Part shown: positions 29,842 to 39,788 of the stretch, in pieces
Layout of the letters: every line of letters starts with the position of its first letter
Numbering within the stretch: the stretch's first letter is position 1
Origin: a virus
Length of the DNA: 64,000 nt
Direction: 5' to 3' (one strand)
Virus record (IMG/VR): IMGVR_UViG_3300028284_000001
The notes under the pieces: model-generated
What the model was told of the DNA's origin: nothing
The model's input: only the letters and a program-made list of their open reading frames with translations
Databases searched by the model: none
Position numbers and translations under genes: made by a program

Positions 29842-30405
29842 TTAAGATATAGTACAAGCGAATGCGCTGATAATATACCATTTGTTTTCAAAACATCTTA
29901 ACGTTATCGTTGAGTTTAATCCAGTTAATTCAATGCTAGTTGCACCAAGTGTTACACCTGACGCAGGGTTCACAGCATAAGCTGCGGCACCGACATTAAT
30001 TAGAGTTGCCTCTGTTCCATCAACTGCTTGGGGAATTGTAAATATCCCATTAATAAAGTATGATCCTTTTGTAATTGCGGATGGTGCTAAATCTGATGCT
30101 GGAACTGCTGCGGTTCCTGCTACACCTGTTTTAGCTATCCTAGCACCAAGTGATACGTTGTTAGAGAATGCTGCTGCAGTACTAACGGCCATACCTGATG
30201 TGTTTACTACTAAAAGATTCGTACCATCATTAACTGTTAATGAAGCTGTAGTTGCACTAGCTAATCCACTTATTACCGAAGTAGTAGGATTTAATAATGC
30301 AATCACAGAAGCTAACTCATCGTTTAATAACTCAAAGTTACTGTTAATAGTTGGTCTTGAAGACGATACCGAGTCGGTACCTAAAATTTCTGTAATGTTT
30401 GCCAT
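29842..30405 (-). CDS. Short fibre/connector protein
   Basis: N-terminus NITEILGTDS..INSNF resembles that of the 13061-15874 fibre; C-terminal ITL....KWYII. Confidence 0.55.
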   Translation of the reverse strand: MANITEILGTDSVSSSRPTINSNFELLNDELASVIALLNPTTSVISGLASATTASLTVNDGTNLLVVNTSGMAVSTAAAFSNNVSLGARIAKTGVAGTAAVPASDLAPSAITKGSYFINGIFTIPQAVDGTEATLINVGAAAYAVNPASGVTLGATSIELTGLNSTITLRCFENKWYIISAFACTIS

Positions 30406-30411
30406 TTTAGT

Positions 30412-33165
30412 TTATTTTACTTTTATCATGTTACGTCTTATGACGTTTTTGTTATTATATGTATCTTCCGCTTCAAGTTGAATAGAGTAATCTCCAGGCT
30501 CCTTGAAAATGTAGGTCAACCACATATTATTATAGTATATATCATTGATTTCTGGGTTACTTAGATTAGTTATAGTCCATTTAGGATTTTTAGCTCCGGG
30601 AAACTTAGAAATGTCAGTCGATATAGTTAAATGTGTAGATCTCTCTACGGTTGCATGGTTTTTAAATACTTTCGTATCGTCCCATGTTGGATTATATTGT
30701 TTTGAGTGAGTAAGGCCACTAACTTGCGCCTGAGACGTAATGTCTGCCTTTACTATTTGTACAGAATCGAGGTCATAATTCCTAGATAATTCTCTTCCAC
30801 TACATAATACATAGTGAAACTTATCTAAAATTTGACCGCCGTTATCAAAGTCCTCAAATATAGGATTAAAATTAAATTTAGTTATTATTGGATCAACACT
30901 TGTATTAATGTCAGCAATTATTGCTTGCCATGCACCAAAATCAGCAGCATTAACCGGAGTTGAAGCCGTGATTGTATGTGATCCTACTGATGTTAAATTT
31001 GTAACAGGATTTGTATGAGTTATTCTTAACTCATCGCCTTGTTCAATCCAATCTATTTTAAAAGAAGCTGCTAAATCGGTACCAACTCTCATTGCGTCCC
31101 ACCATAAATGTTCTGTATCTTTATATCTAAAAGTAGACTCTTCCCATTGATATGGTCCAGTTGTTTCAGAATATCCTGTTTCAGAATAAATATCTTTATA
31201 TCTTCTAACTGTAGAAAACCTAACTCCTTGGTCTGCTTCTAAGTGTATATAGTTTGCCCTATCTAACGTTAAGTGATAAGGTGCAATATTATCATCCACT
31301 TGCATTAAGTTGTCCTGTGCGAAGTCCCAGTAACCACCAGACGCTCCCCAGTCTAAAGTTTTAGAGTTCCATGTATTACCTACGTTATTAATATCAGTAT
31401 CTAACCATTTGTACATACCGTATAATTCTAACTCTTTTAATTTAACTTCAAATAAATCTTTTGTTTTATAGAAAGACATGTGTCCGAATAAATCGTATGT
31501 TCTCATTTCTACAGTATAAGATCCAGGGTATGGCAGTCTTAAAGGTAATCTTTTGTAATCATCGATTGCACCTCTATATTCTTGATGAAAATCATTTGGT
31601 CCGTCAATCAGCCATTCAATTTCATATACCCATTTCTTCCACCAATTATCCCACGTTACTTTTAAATTCGCGTTTGCATCTACAGCATCATCCCAAACAA
31701 AAACAGCTTCATCCCATATATCGTCAAATGAAAGAATTCCATCTAATATAACTGGACATCCAATTGGGATATTTTCATTATATGAATTTAATTCTCTATC
31801 ATGGTATGTTGAGTAAAAGGCTGTAATCATGTCTTTAAGCTCAGTTCTCTCTGCGCTAGTTAACGTAGACTCTTCACCTGGAAGCATGTTTAAAAATTTA
31901 TCGTAATTATTTAAAGGATCATTTTGGTTTAATGTAGTTTTTAAAACATTAGAAGTATCTTCAATAAATAATTCTCTATCATTTGGAAACACCTCGTACT
32001 TGATTCTATTACCTTCAGTAAATAAACCGATTGGGTTTTGAATTTTCCAAACGTTTAAATTCCTATTTGTAAAATAATCACCTTCACCTGTAATATCAAT
32101 AATCTTAGCCTCAAGTGGTAGATAGTCTTTTTGTAATCTATTCTTTAAGCCATATAGTTTAATAATAACTTCTTCAGGAGTATAATCAAAAGTTTCAGTT
32201 ACATTAGGAATATCCCATTGGTCAAACGATCCGTTAGGTTCATTTAATCTATAAACTAAACTAAATCTACTGGTTTTCTTTTTAGTAGAAGAGGGTACTT
32301 TAAACTTTAACCTCTTTCTAATCATCTCACCTCTAACCGAAGCATTAGGAACTGGAATTGCATGTAGCTTTCCAAAATTGTTTTCGGATTTATCTACATT
32401 AATCCAATATTCTTTTAATGTAATTTTATCATAACCGAAAAAGTCTATCGCATTTAAGATAGCTTTATATGTACCAACAAATGGTTTAATGTTATGTAAT
32501 TCTAAAAGTAATTCCTTTCTCTTTTGGTTTAATAAAACTTGATCAGGCGCTTGTTCTGAAATATCATGTGATTTAAACAACATAAAATCAGAGTCCTGTA
32601 ATTGATTTCCTAAATTACCTAAAAGAACTTTAAGTCTTTCATCTTCTCCTTCAACTTCACCGTATACTTGAATTCTTGCAATTACCTCATCGCCAGCTTT
32701 AACAGCCAATATTCTTTTGTGTATACCTTCTACAGTAGAGCTAAGTGCAATATTAACTTGTATTGCAACTGGTGTATTTTCGTTTAATACTTTTAAGTAA
32801 TTAGCATCTTGAGAATTAATAATACTATTATCTGATAATTCTTTAGTTTGAGTTTTATATTCTTTTATGCTAGACGCAGTTTCGCCTAATGCATAGCCAT
32901 ACATAATAATATCTTCAGATTGATCTAACTTTGTAGCCTCCCACTCAAAAGAAAAATTATTAATTGTCCCATCAGGAGATACCGGAGTATTAACGATTGG
33001 ACCACCACTTAAATCTACACACTCTTCTAGAATAAACAGGTTGACCGTTTCAAAAAGATCTGTAGATACAATAGGTAAATAGATAGTACCTTCCCAGATG
33101 CCATCTACCTTTTCGAATTGTAGCTCGCTTGTTATTCCCTTAAAAAATCTTAAGTTATTCCACAT
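30412..33165 (-). CDS. Baseplate wedge protein (gp7/tail-I-like) with PKD-like segments
   Basis: GTYKAILNAIDFFG motif; PGSYTVEM and PGDYSIQL; follows the gp6-like gene. Confidence 0.55.
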   Translation of the reverse strand: MWNNLRFFKGITSELQFEKVDGIWEGTIYLPIVSTDLFETVNLFILEECVDLSGGPIVNTPVSPDGTINNFSFEWEATKLDQSEDIIMYGYALGETASSIKEYKTQTKELSDNSIINSQDANYLKVLNENTPVAIQVNIALSSTVEGIHKRILAVKAGDEVIARIQVYGEVEGEDERLKVLLGNLGNQLQDSDFMLFKSHDISEQAPDQVLLNQKRKELLLELHNIKPFVGTYKAILNAIDFFGYDKITLKEYWINVDKSENNFGKLHAIPVPNASVRGEMIRKRLKFKVPSSTKKKTSRFSLVYRLNEPNGSFDQWDIPNVTETFDYTPEEVIIKLYGLKNRLQKDYLPLEAKIIDITGEGDYFTNRNLNVWKIQNPIGLFTEGNRIKYEVFPNDRELFIEDTSNVLKTTLNQNDPLNNYDKFLNMLPGEESTLTSAERTELKDMITAFYSTYHDRELNSYNENIPIGCPVILDGILSFDDIWDEAVFVWDDAVDANANLKVTWDNWWKKWVYEIEWLIDGPNDFHQEYRGAIDDYKRLPLRLPYPGSYTVEMRTYDLFGHMSFYKTKDLFEVKLKELELYGMYKWLDTDINNVGNTWNSKTLDWGASGGYWDFAQDNLMQVDDNIAPYHLTLDRANYIHLEADQGVRFSTVRRYKDIYSETGYSETTGPYQWEESTFRYKDTEHLWWDAMRVGTDLAASFKIDWIEQGDELRITHTNPVTNLTSVGSHTITASTPVNAADFGAWQAIIADINTSVDPIITKFNFNPIFEDFDNGGQILDKFHYVLCSGRELSRNYDLDSVQIVKADITSQAQVSGLTHSKQYNPTWDDTKVFKNHATVERSTHLTISTDISKFPGAKNPKWTITNLSNPEINDIYYNNMWLTYIFKEPGDYSIQLEAEDTYNNKNVIRRNMIKVK

Positions 33166-33437
33166 TATCTAGTGAGTTTATTATCTTTTTTAACTGTATA
33201 GTTTTTGTAACTTCTTAAAAATCTATTAGCATTAAGTATATTAAGTAAATAGTCATCTAAGAATTGAATAAATTCAGATACTACTTTATTTCTTTGTATA
33301 TGTTTAGATAACATGTTTGCTAGTAAACCTTTAGTCTGATAATTACCAGGACCGTTTAATCTAACATCTTGCTTTTCTTTAGCAACATCATATAGCCTCT
33401 TTCTTTTATATGTAAATAAGTTTTTATATAATGACAT
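33165..33437 (-). CDS. Small baseplate-associated protein
   Basis: Translationally coupled on both sides. Confidence 0.55.
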   Translation of the reverse strand: MSLYKNLFTYKRKRLYDVAKEKQDVRLNGPGNYQTKGLLANMLSKHIQRNKVVSEFIQFLDDYLLNILNANRFLRSYKNYTVKKDNKLTR

Positions 33438-35266
33438 TATTTCAGGGCTTTTCTATTTCCAGCTTGTACTCTAGTGTAAATAGTTCTAGGCACTGGGTTA
33501 GGGTCAAAATTAACTGACATTGCTGCTTCCGCATTTATCAAAGCTGTATCTACGATTTCGTCACCGTCACGATCTTGCCATCCACCTCTAAATACTGCAA
33601 CCTCTTCCTTCTCCATTATTATATCACCCCACTGGTCTAGCCCTGCAACAGTATATGGTATCACTGTAGAAGCTTCAACATCAACAGTCTTCACTTCTTC
33701 TATTTTCTTAAAGAAGATATATTTTTGTTTACCATTACCTATGTCTTCTAAAACTACAGGCTCTTGCGGTTGTACTGTTACTGTAACAGATTCATAGTAA
33801 CCAAGTCTTCTTGCAGTCTCTTCTGTTTCAGAAATAAATCTAATATTAACAGCATCAATTCCCTCTATCTTTTCTAAGATGTAAATAATATCTGACTTAG
33901 GTAGTTTATCTCTTCTTGTTACATTTAACAAATAATCACTTACCTTGGTTCTAACATCGTTAAAGATTTCTTCTTTACTAAATCCTTCAAAATATCTAAT
34001 ATCAATATCCATGCTATATTTTCTAACTTTAGGTTTAACAAATACAACTTCTGTTGTTACCATTTGCTGACCACTAGTTTGAATCACTTGTCCCATTTTG
34101 TCATATTCGTTTTGGTCGAAGAACATTTCGTTTTCTGGGATTGAAAAATAATCTTGCCCAGTCGCTAATTTCTTTTTAACATCTGGCACTGCAAAAATAT
34201 AGATTACATTATCATCATCTAAATACTCATCTGACGTAGTATTGTAAGCGTCGATGTACGAGAATAAACCGTATCTTGATAAGAAGTATTCATAATTATC
34301 TGGCGTTGCTAAAACAAAAGATTTTGAAGCAAGAGGCGTCATAATTTTAGTAAATTCTATAGACTCTCTGTCAGATCCCATTTTAGGAGACGACGTTACA
34401 GTAATATCTAAAAACTCATTTAAGTCATGTGTTACTCCTAATGAATCAGTACCTTCAGCTTCCCACTTAAATGTAATATCTTGGCCATCGTCTATATTAC
34501 CAGAATAGCCATCATGTTGTACATATTCTACTTCAATAGTAGATCCTAGTTGTGGAATTGCACCAAAAGCTCCATTACCAAAATAAATATCAATACCACC
34601 TGAGATACCTGTTTTTACTAAGTAGCCTTTTTCTTTATTTAATAAGTCATATAAAGACTCATGTTTAGTCCACTTTTCTCCATTGACTGAAACAGCCACT
34701 TTTGAATGATCCGATAGTTTTACAGTTTGTAAATTAAATGATTGTAGTTTCTCACCAGTTCCAGTTACAGTTTGTGTTTCTAAAACACCCTGCATAAGTG
34801 GAGCTTTAATCTTAAACATGTTAGTCTTTTCTAATCTAAATCTATCATTTGAAGAAATGGCAGAATATTTTAAATTGTTTAATTCACATTTAAGTTCTGC
34901 GTTTGTTTCTATATTTAAACCAGTTCCTGCAATCTTACCTAGATCAGCACCTGGCTTCCATCTAAATTCAATTTCACCGGTTGCTGCAAAACCTCTAGTT
35001 GCATCATGGCCTGTTAATCTTGACATACCATAAATAGATTCAGGCTGTTGTGCTGTATAAATATTTTGCTCAACAACTGAGTCTTCAATATAGAACATAA
35101 TAAGTTCATACAATTCACCGAATACGTTAATGATCTGAGCAAATGGAGACGCCTCCGTGAATAAAGTATTGGCACGTTTGTAAACTCTTGTAATATAAGT
35201 TCTCGTGTCCTGTTGGATTTGGGTTGCTCTTGCCCTAGTCGTTTCTAAAAAATTTAATTGTGCCAT
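33437..35266 (-). CDS. gp6: Baseplate wedge subunit (T4 gp6 / baseplate J-like)
   Basis: IYFGNGAFG.IP..GS.IEVEY, G.DRESIE, LATPDNYE; follows gp25. Confidence 0.8.
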   Translation of the reverse strand: MAQLNFLETTRARATQIQQDTRTYITRVYKRANTLFTEASPFAQIINVFGELYELIMFYIEDSVVEQNIYTAQQPESIYGMSRLTGHDATRGFAATGEIEFRWKPGADLGKIAGTGLNIETNAELKCELNNLKYSAISSNDRFRLEKTNMFKIKAPLMQGVLETQTVTGTGEKLQSFNLQTVKLSDHSKVAVSVNGEKWTKHESLYDLLNKEKGYLVKTGISGGIDIYFGNGAFGAIPQLGSTIEVEYVQHDGYSGNIDDGQDITFKWEAEGTDSLGVTHDLNEFLDITVTSSPKMGSDRESIEFTKIMTPLASKSFVLATPDNYEYFLSRYGLFSYIDAYNTTSDEYLDDDNVIYIFAVPDVKKKLATGQDYFSIPENEMFFDQNEYDKMGQVIQTSGQQMVTTEVVFVKPKVRKYSMDIDIRYFEGFSKEEIFNDVRTKVSDYLLNVTRRDKLPKSDIIYILEKIEGIDAVNIRFISETEETARRLGYYESVTVTVQPQEPVVLEDIGNGKQKYIFFKKIEEVKTVDVEASTVIPYTVAGLDQWGDIIMEKEEVAVFRGGWQDRDGDEIVDTALINAEAAMSVNFDPNPVPRTIYTRVQAGNRKALK

Positions 35267-35282
35267 TTATTATTTATCTCTT

Positions 35283-35639
35283 TTATCTTAGGTTTATTTG
35301 TACTAGGTATTTACTATCAACTGTAATATCAATATAAGCAATATCTCTCACTTCACCTCTAAAGAACTTGACATCTGTTTCTACATTATACTTTACAGCC
35401 AATGGACAATATCTAGATATCTGGTCATCAATCGTACTTCTAATTTGATATTCGTTCTGGCCTAAAGAATAAACCATATCTTCTAGGTTGCATCCAAAGG
35501 TTGGAGAACCTAAAACTTCTTGTCTTCTAGTGAACAATATCGTTTCGATCTGAGTCAGTAATTGCTCAATCTCACCGTTGTTTTGTATTTGTGTCGAATT
35601 GTAGTTCGGGTCACCTATGTACTTTATATATAAATCCAT
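35283..35639 (-). CDS. gp25: Baseplate wedge gp25-like protein
   Basis: IETILFTRRQEVLGSPTFGCNLEDMVY, typical GPW/gp25 pattern. Confidence 0.85.
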   Translation of the reverse strand: MDLYIKYIGDPNYNSTQIQNNGEIEQLLTQIETILFTRRQEVLGSPTFGCNLEDMVYSLGQNEYQIRSTIDDQISRYCPLAVKYNVETDVKFFRGEVRDIAYIDITVDSKYLVQINLR

Positions 35640-35669
35640 TTATATATGTATCTGGCTTTTTATGAGTGC

Positions 35670-36512
35670 TTATGAGTGGAACATCCAGTCCACGCCTTCA
35701 TCGCCTTTGATTTCTTCAACAATTGACTCTAATTCGGTGTCTCCCATGTCTTTTATTGCTCCATAATCAAATTCAACATTACCAGGTAATGCAAATTTAA
35801 AAATACCTAACTTAGCGCCAAGTGATTGTTTAATCTTAGCACTTACATATCTAAAAAATATCTCGTCACTGTACAATGCACAATCTGAAATAGTTTCATA
35901 TATGTTTAATATCACATCTCCCTTTGGAGTATCACCTAATATCTTTAACTTACCATCTAATCTAGTGTAGTTAAAGCTAATAGGATTTTCCATAATTTGT
36001 CTAGACATATCAGCTAAAGAAGCATTCAATACATAATATTGTAATTCTTCTGCTGCTTCTGCAGGGCCTGAGCCATCGTACATTCCTCTAAACAACATTT
36101 TTTCTAAAGCAAAGTCTCCGCCACCTTGGAATCTCACATCCATGCCTCCACCTGTACTGTTAAATCCGGATTTTAAATCAAATACACCAAACACAGAATA
36201 TACTCCGCCACCACCGTCAGCGCCAGCTTTTGGTAGATTTAAACATCTAGTGTTTTTAAAGTATGCTGATTGAAAAACTGCAGCAGGGATATGATAATAG
36301 TTTTCTGCAACAGAATCTTCATATTGTTTATAGAACCATTTCTTAGCTCTATTAATAATATTAACAATTTCTTTTTGTGGTAAATTAACAGGCACCATAC
36401 AAGCACCGGTCATATCATCACCGATCTCCTGTAAGAATTCGTTTAAACAGTTATTACCAAAATCTCTTTCGGTACCTAATCCATTTTCACTGCCGCTTCT
36501 AATTTCGCTCAT
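35670..36512 (-). CDS. Neck/head completion protein (T4 gp13-like)
   Basis: FFRYVSAKIKQSLGAKLGIF...LPGNVEFD..AI...G..ELE C-terminal pattern. Confidence 0.7.
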   Translation of the reverse strand: MSEIRSGSENGLGTERDFGNNCLNEFLQEIGDDMTGACMVPVNLPQKEIVNIINRAKKWFYKQYEDSVAENYYHIPAAVFQSAYFKNTRCLNLPKAGADGGGGVYSVFGVFDLKSGFNSTGGGMDVRFQGGGDFALEKMLFRGMYDGSGPAEAAEELQYYVLNASLADMSRQIMENPISFNYTRLDGKLKILGDTPKGDVILNIYETISDCALYSDEIFFRYVSAKIKQSLGAKLGIFKFALPGNVEFDYGAIKDMGDTELESIVEEIKGDEGVDWMFHS

Positions 36513-36513
36513 T

Positions 36514-37827
36514 TTAGTTTTTAATTTTTTTACTTACTATAACTTCAGTCTCATCTGAGAATCTAGCATGAGGTCCAACCCCACCTTCTCTGAAAATACC
36601 TCCAGTCATTCTACCTTTAAAAATACCATCTCTTCCAAAAACATAACAGTTTTTTAAATGACAGCTACCATGTACAAACGAAGATTCAACTTTAGAATCT
36701 GCCACTTCAGCACCTTGGTATAGATTTGATCTTAATATTTGTGCTCCTTCGATTTTACCACCGTAAATTTCACAATTCTCAAGATTACCAGATAACTTGC
36801 AATTAACAAATTCAAAACCGTCTAATAAATATGCTGTTTTAAAAACACCATCTTTAACTTGGATCGCCCCATAATCAGAATCATAGTTAATTACGCCCTC
36901 TTCCATACTACCGTTCGATAGAAGATCTAAGACTTTTTTCTTAAATCGATTCCATTGGACTCTAATAACCTGAGGATCATCTTGTAAATCTACTAGTATA
37001 TGTATCTTAGGCCAATGTTTATTTACGGCGCTATAGTCTTTTAACATAGCCATTAGCGGCTCATTTTTCTGTAAAATCCTTTTCATCTCTATTTTATTCT
37101 CAGGTGTAAACCTAGGATTAAAACAAGAATTAAAAATTGACAGGATAAACATGTCAGCTAAATTTAAAATATCTTCAGTTCTTTTTTCGTAATCAGCACC
37201 ACCAACATATCTAAATTCTAGATAATTGCTTTGAGCCTTTTCAAAGTTAATACCGTAATATTTAGTATTAGCAAATGTAAAGTTATCTGAACTTATTAAA
37301 TTTTCATTGTAATAAAAGGCTTCATGTTTAGGCATAACCCATTTAATAGATTTTGCATAAGTAGAATTTTCTCTATTAGGGAAGTATTTGTAAACTCTCT
37401 TCTCGTCGAATTCTAAAATAAACTTTAAAATATTCATTTTAGAAATCATTAGAGTATCTTCTAAACAGTCTGGGTTAAAAGACATGTTTAGGTGGATAGA
37501 GGCTCGATCATTTGTATAACCGTTCTCTCTAATCCATCCCAACATTTTAATGATAACTAATCTTGCATCACGATATAGCATCGCTCCAGTTACAAGTTCC
37601 ATAAGGCCTTTACCACCAGACATATCTGGTTCAAGTTTAAAAACCTCTTTACTAGGTTGAAAGTCTGAATGTGCCTTAGTCTCTAATCTAATTTTACGAT
37701 TAAGTAACTTAGATATAGAATCTACAGTAGCTTGTTCTTCTAGATTTGAGTAGAATTCAAATTCAATCCCAATCTGACTTGAGTTGAGTATTGAAATCCT
37801 ACTAGATTCTTTGTTTAGTTTTTGCAT
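36514..37827 (-). CDS. Putative amidoligase (COOH-NH2 ligase) with C-terminal beta-helix-like repeats
   Basis: IGIEFEF, EPD.S, MELVT, ASIHLNMS, KYYGIN and LEFRY motifs; late motif at 37852-37860. Confidence 0.8.
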   Translation of the reverse strand: MQKLNKESSRISILNSSQIGIEFEFYSNLEEQATVDSISKLLNRKIRLETKAHSDFQPSKEVFKLEPDMSGGKGLMELVTGAMLYRDARLVIIKMLGWIRENGYTNDRASIHLNMSFNPDCLEDTLMISKMNILKFILEFDEKRVYKYFPNRENSTYAKSIKWVMPKHEAFYYNENLISSDNFTFANTKYYGINFEKAQSNYLEFRYVGGADYEKRTEDILNLADMFILSIFNSCFNPRFTPENKIEMKRILQKNEPLMAMLKDYSAVNKHWPKIHILVDLQDDPQVIRVQWNRFKKKVLDLLSNGSMEEGVINYDSDYGAIQVKDGVFKTAYLLDGFEFVNCKLSGNLENCEIYGGKIEGAQILRSNLYQGAEVADSKVESSFVHGSCHLKNCYVFGRDGIFKGRMTGGIFREGGVGPHARFSDETEVIVSKKIKN

Positions 37828-37877
37828 ATTGAGAGTATGATATTACTTTCAATATATATCAACCATATCTAAGATAG

Positions 37878-39161
37878 TTATTGGGGCATCTTCAAAAACA
37901 CCTTCATTGTACCTTCATCAATCCTAGTAATTTGAACAGTGATCTTGTCACCAGGGTTAAATACAGTCATTGTTTCTTCTCCAATCTCACTAACGTGTAG
38001 TAATCCAGTTACACCATCTTCAATATTAATAAACAAACCATAGTCTTTTTTAGACTTAACAGTTGCTTCTACCACTGATGGTATTGAGTATCTAGTAGAT
38101 ATGTTAATCCAAGGATTAACTTCTACGACATCCTTCTGAGTTAACGTAATTTTATTATTACTAATAATATCTTTTACTTTAAACGCAATAGCATCTCCTG
38201 GTTTAATCTCTCTAGCTTTGAATTTAGTTAAAGTATCTTCGTCTAAGTCGTTGTTGTGAATCATACCTGTTAAGCATTTATCAAATTCAACAAATACACC
38301 ATACTTAGCAGTTCCAGTTACTAGACCCTGCTTATCTTCAGAAATACTTTCTTTTAAATTATCTATAGCTTGTGGTATAAGTGCTTGTAAGTATTTTCTA
38401 TGTGATACTACAATCGTGCCTCTGTCTGCTGAGAAGCTTACTGGTACAACATAAATTTCTTCACCTATAATAGAACTAAAGTCTGATAGTTTATTAATAC
38501 CTGCAAGTGAACCTGGCATAAAGCAATTAATACCCTGTACTTCTACAACGTATCCGCCATTTTCAATCATGTTCTTTACAGTACCGATCCATGCAGTTCT
38601 ACCTTCCTCAATTCCATTTCTTAAATCTGTGAATGTTTTATGCTTAATACCACCAGTAATAGTTCCTGCTAGTAATCCTTTTGTTTCTGTAATTAAGACT
38701 GCAGTCTCATCACCAACCGAACTAGCTTTTACAATATCAGATTCTTTACCGAAGTTAACGTAAACTAATTCTCTATAACCAACATCAACTGTGATATATT
38801 GTTGATCTATTCCGTAAATAATACCTTCATGGATTTCACCCTCATTAACATTAGGTTTTATATCTTGTCCAAACTCTTCCATTGTATCGTAGAGTTGCTG
38901 CGCATACGGCTCTCTAGAAAATACCTTATCACCATCTTTAGTTTTAATATGTGGGTTTGGTTTTCTATACCTAGTTGGGCATGTGCTTTCGTAAGCATCC
39001 CATAGGAACTCTCCATTTTCATCGTAAAATTCGTCGTGTTGTCCAACAACTTCTTCTGGCTTTGTGGTTGCCGTTGTTGTTTCTTGGTTTGTAGTTTCTT
39101 CTTTAACTACGGTGATTGTTGCATCGGAAGTATCTCCGATTCGTTTTCTCTTCTGAGTCAT
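37878..39161 (-). CDS. rpsA: Ribosomal protein S1 homologue, four S1 domains
   Basis: EGEIHEG..VDVG, GGYVVEVQGINCFMPGS, YGVFVEF..GMIH, DYGLFINI..GLLHVSEI; N-terminal EFLWDAYE. Confidence 0.85.
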   Translation of the reverse strand: MTQKRKRIGDTSDATITVVKEETTNQETTTATTKPEEVVGQHDEFYDENGEFLWDAYESTCPTRYRKPNPHIKTKDGDKVFSREPYAQQLYDTMEEFGQDIKPNVNEGEIHEGIIYGIDQQYITVDVGYRELVYVNFGKESDIVKASSVGDETAVLITETKGLLAGTITGGIKHKTFTDLRNGIEEGRTAWIGTVKNMIENGGYVVEVQGINCFMPGSLAGINKLSDFSSIIGEEIYVVPVSFSADRGTIVVSHRKYLQALIPQAIDNLKESISEDKQGLVTGTAKYGVFVEFDKCLTGMIHNNDLDEDTLTKFKAREIKPGDAIAFKVKDIISNNKITLTQKDVVEVNPWINISTRYSIPSVVEATVKSKKDYGLFINIEDGVTGLLHVSEIGEETMTVFNPGDKITVQITRIDEGTMKVFLKMPQ

Positions 39162-39205
39162 GTATTTTTATTTAAAAGGTTATCTTATACTATCTTAGTA
39201 ACATA

Positions 39206-39282
39206 TTATATATCTGCTAAAATATTTGTATTATCCAGCTTTGCTCTTTCCTAAATTTTAGGTGTTTAACAGTTTATATATC
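39206..39282 (-). promoter_or_regulatory. Two tandem late-type promoters upstream of S1
   Basis: GATATATAA at 39206-39214 and 39274-39282. Confidence 0.6.
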
Positions 39283-39328
39283 GATATAAAAAGAGTTGGC
39301 TTTTTCTACAAAATAATTACCAAATAAT

Positions 39329-39375
39329 TTTTTTATGTCAATTATTTTTCGTATATTAGTACTGTAATTAAAAAC
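39329..39375 (+). promoter_or_regulatory. Early promoter cassette, copy 2
   Basis: TTTTTTATGTCAATTATTTTTCGTATATTAGTACTGTAATTAAAAAC, one mismatch to copy 1 over the core. Confidence 0.85.
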
Positions 39376-39389
39376 AAACAATAACTATT

Positions 39390-39788
39390 ATGAGTAAATT
39401 TAATGTAAATGAAGTAAAGTGTAATGGAGTCGGTGGCTCCGGTTACCAGGCAGTTCTTAAACACAAGGATGCAATCCAAGGAATTTGTCAAGAAGTTAGA
39501 GATCTTATCGGTATTGAAAAACTATGGGAACTAGCAACTACAGATCCTAATGTGGATTATCACCAAGGTACTAGATTTAATTCTGTAGAAGATAATGCAT
39601 ACCGACTTATTACTGGAATAGCAGGACATGTGGCTGAGTATCTCCCGACAAGTGAGTTAATCGAGATGCACGTAGGAGCCATTCTACCGATGTTAACAAT
39701 GAAAGATAAGGTAACACTTGTTGCCGATGCTTGTAGGGACTGTGCGTCTGCAGACCATTGGTATACCTTCGAAAAAGACTGGGGTTAA
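39390..39788 (+). CDS. Hypothetical early protein (counter-oriented, own promoter)
   Basis: 132 aa downstream of the cassette; stop overlaps the stop of the convergent gene (TTAA). Confidence 0.8.
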   Translation: MSKFNVNEVKCNGVGGSGYQAVLKHKDAIQGICQEVRDLIGIEKLWELATTDPNVDYHQGTRFNSVEDNAYRLITGIAGHVAEYLPTSELIEMHVGAILPMLTMKDKVTLVADACRDCASADHWYTFEKDWG

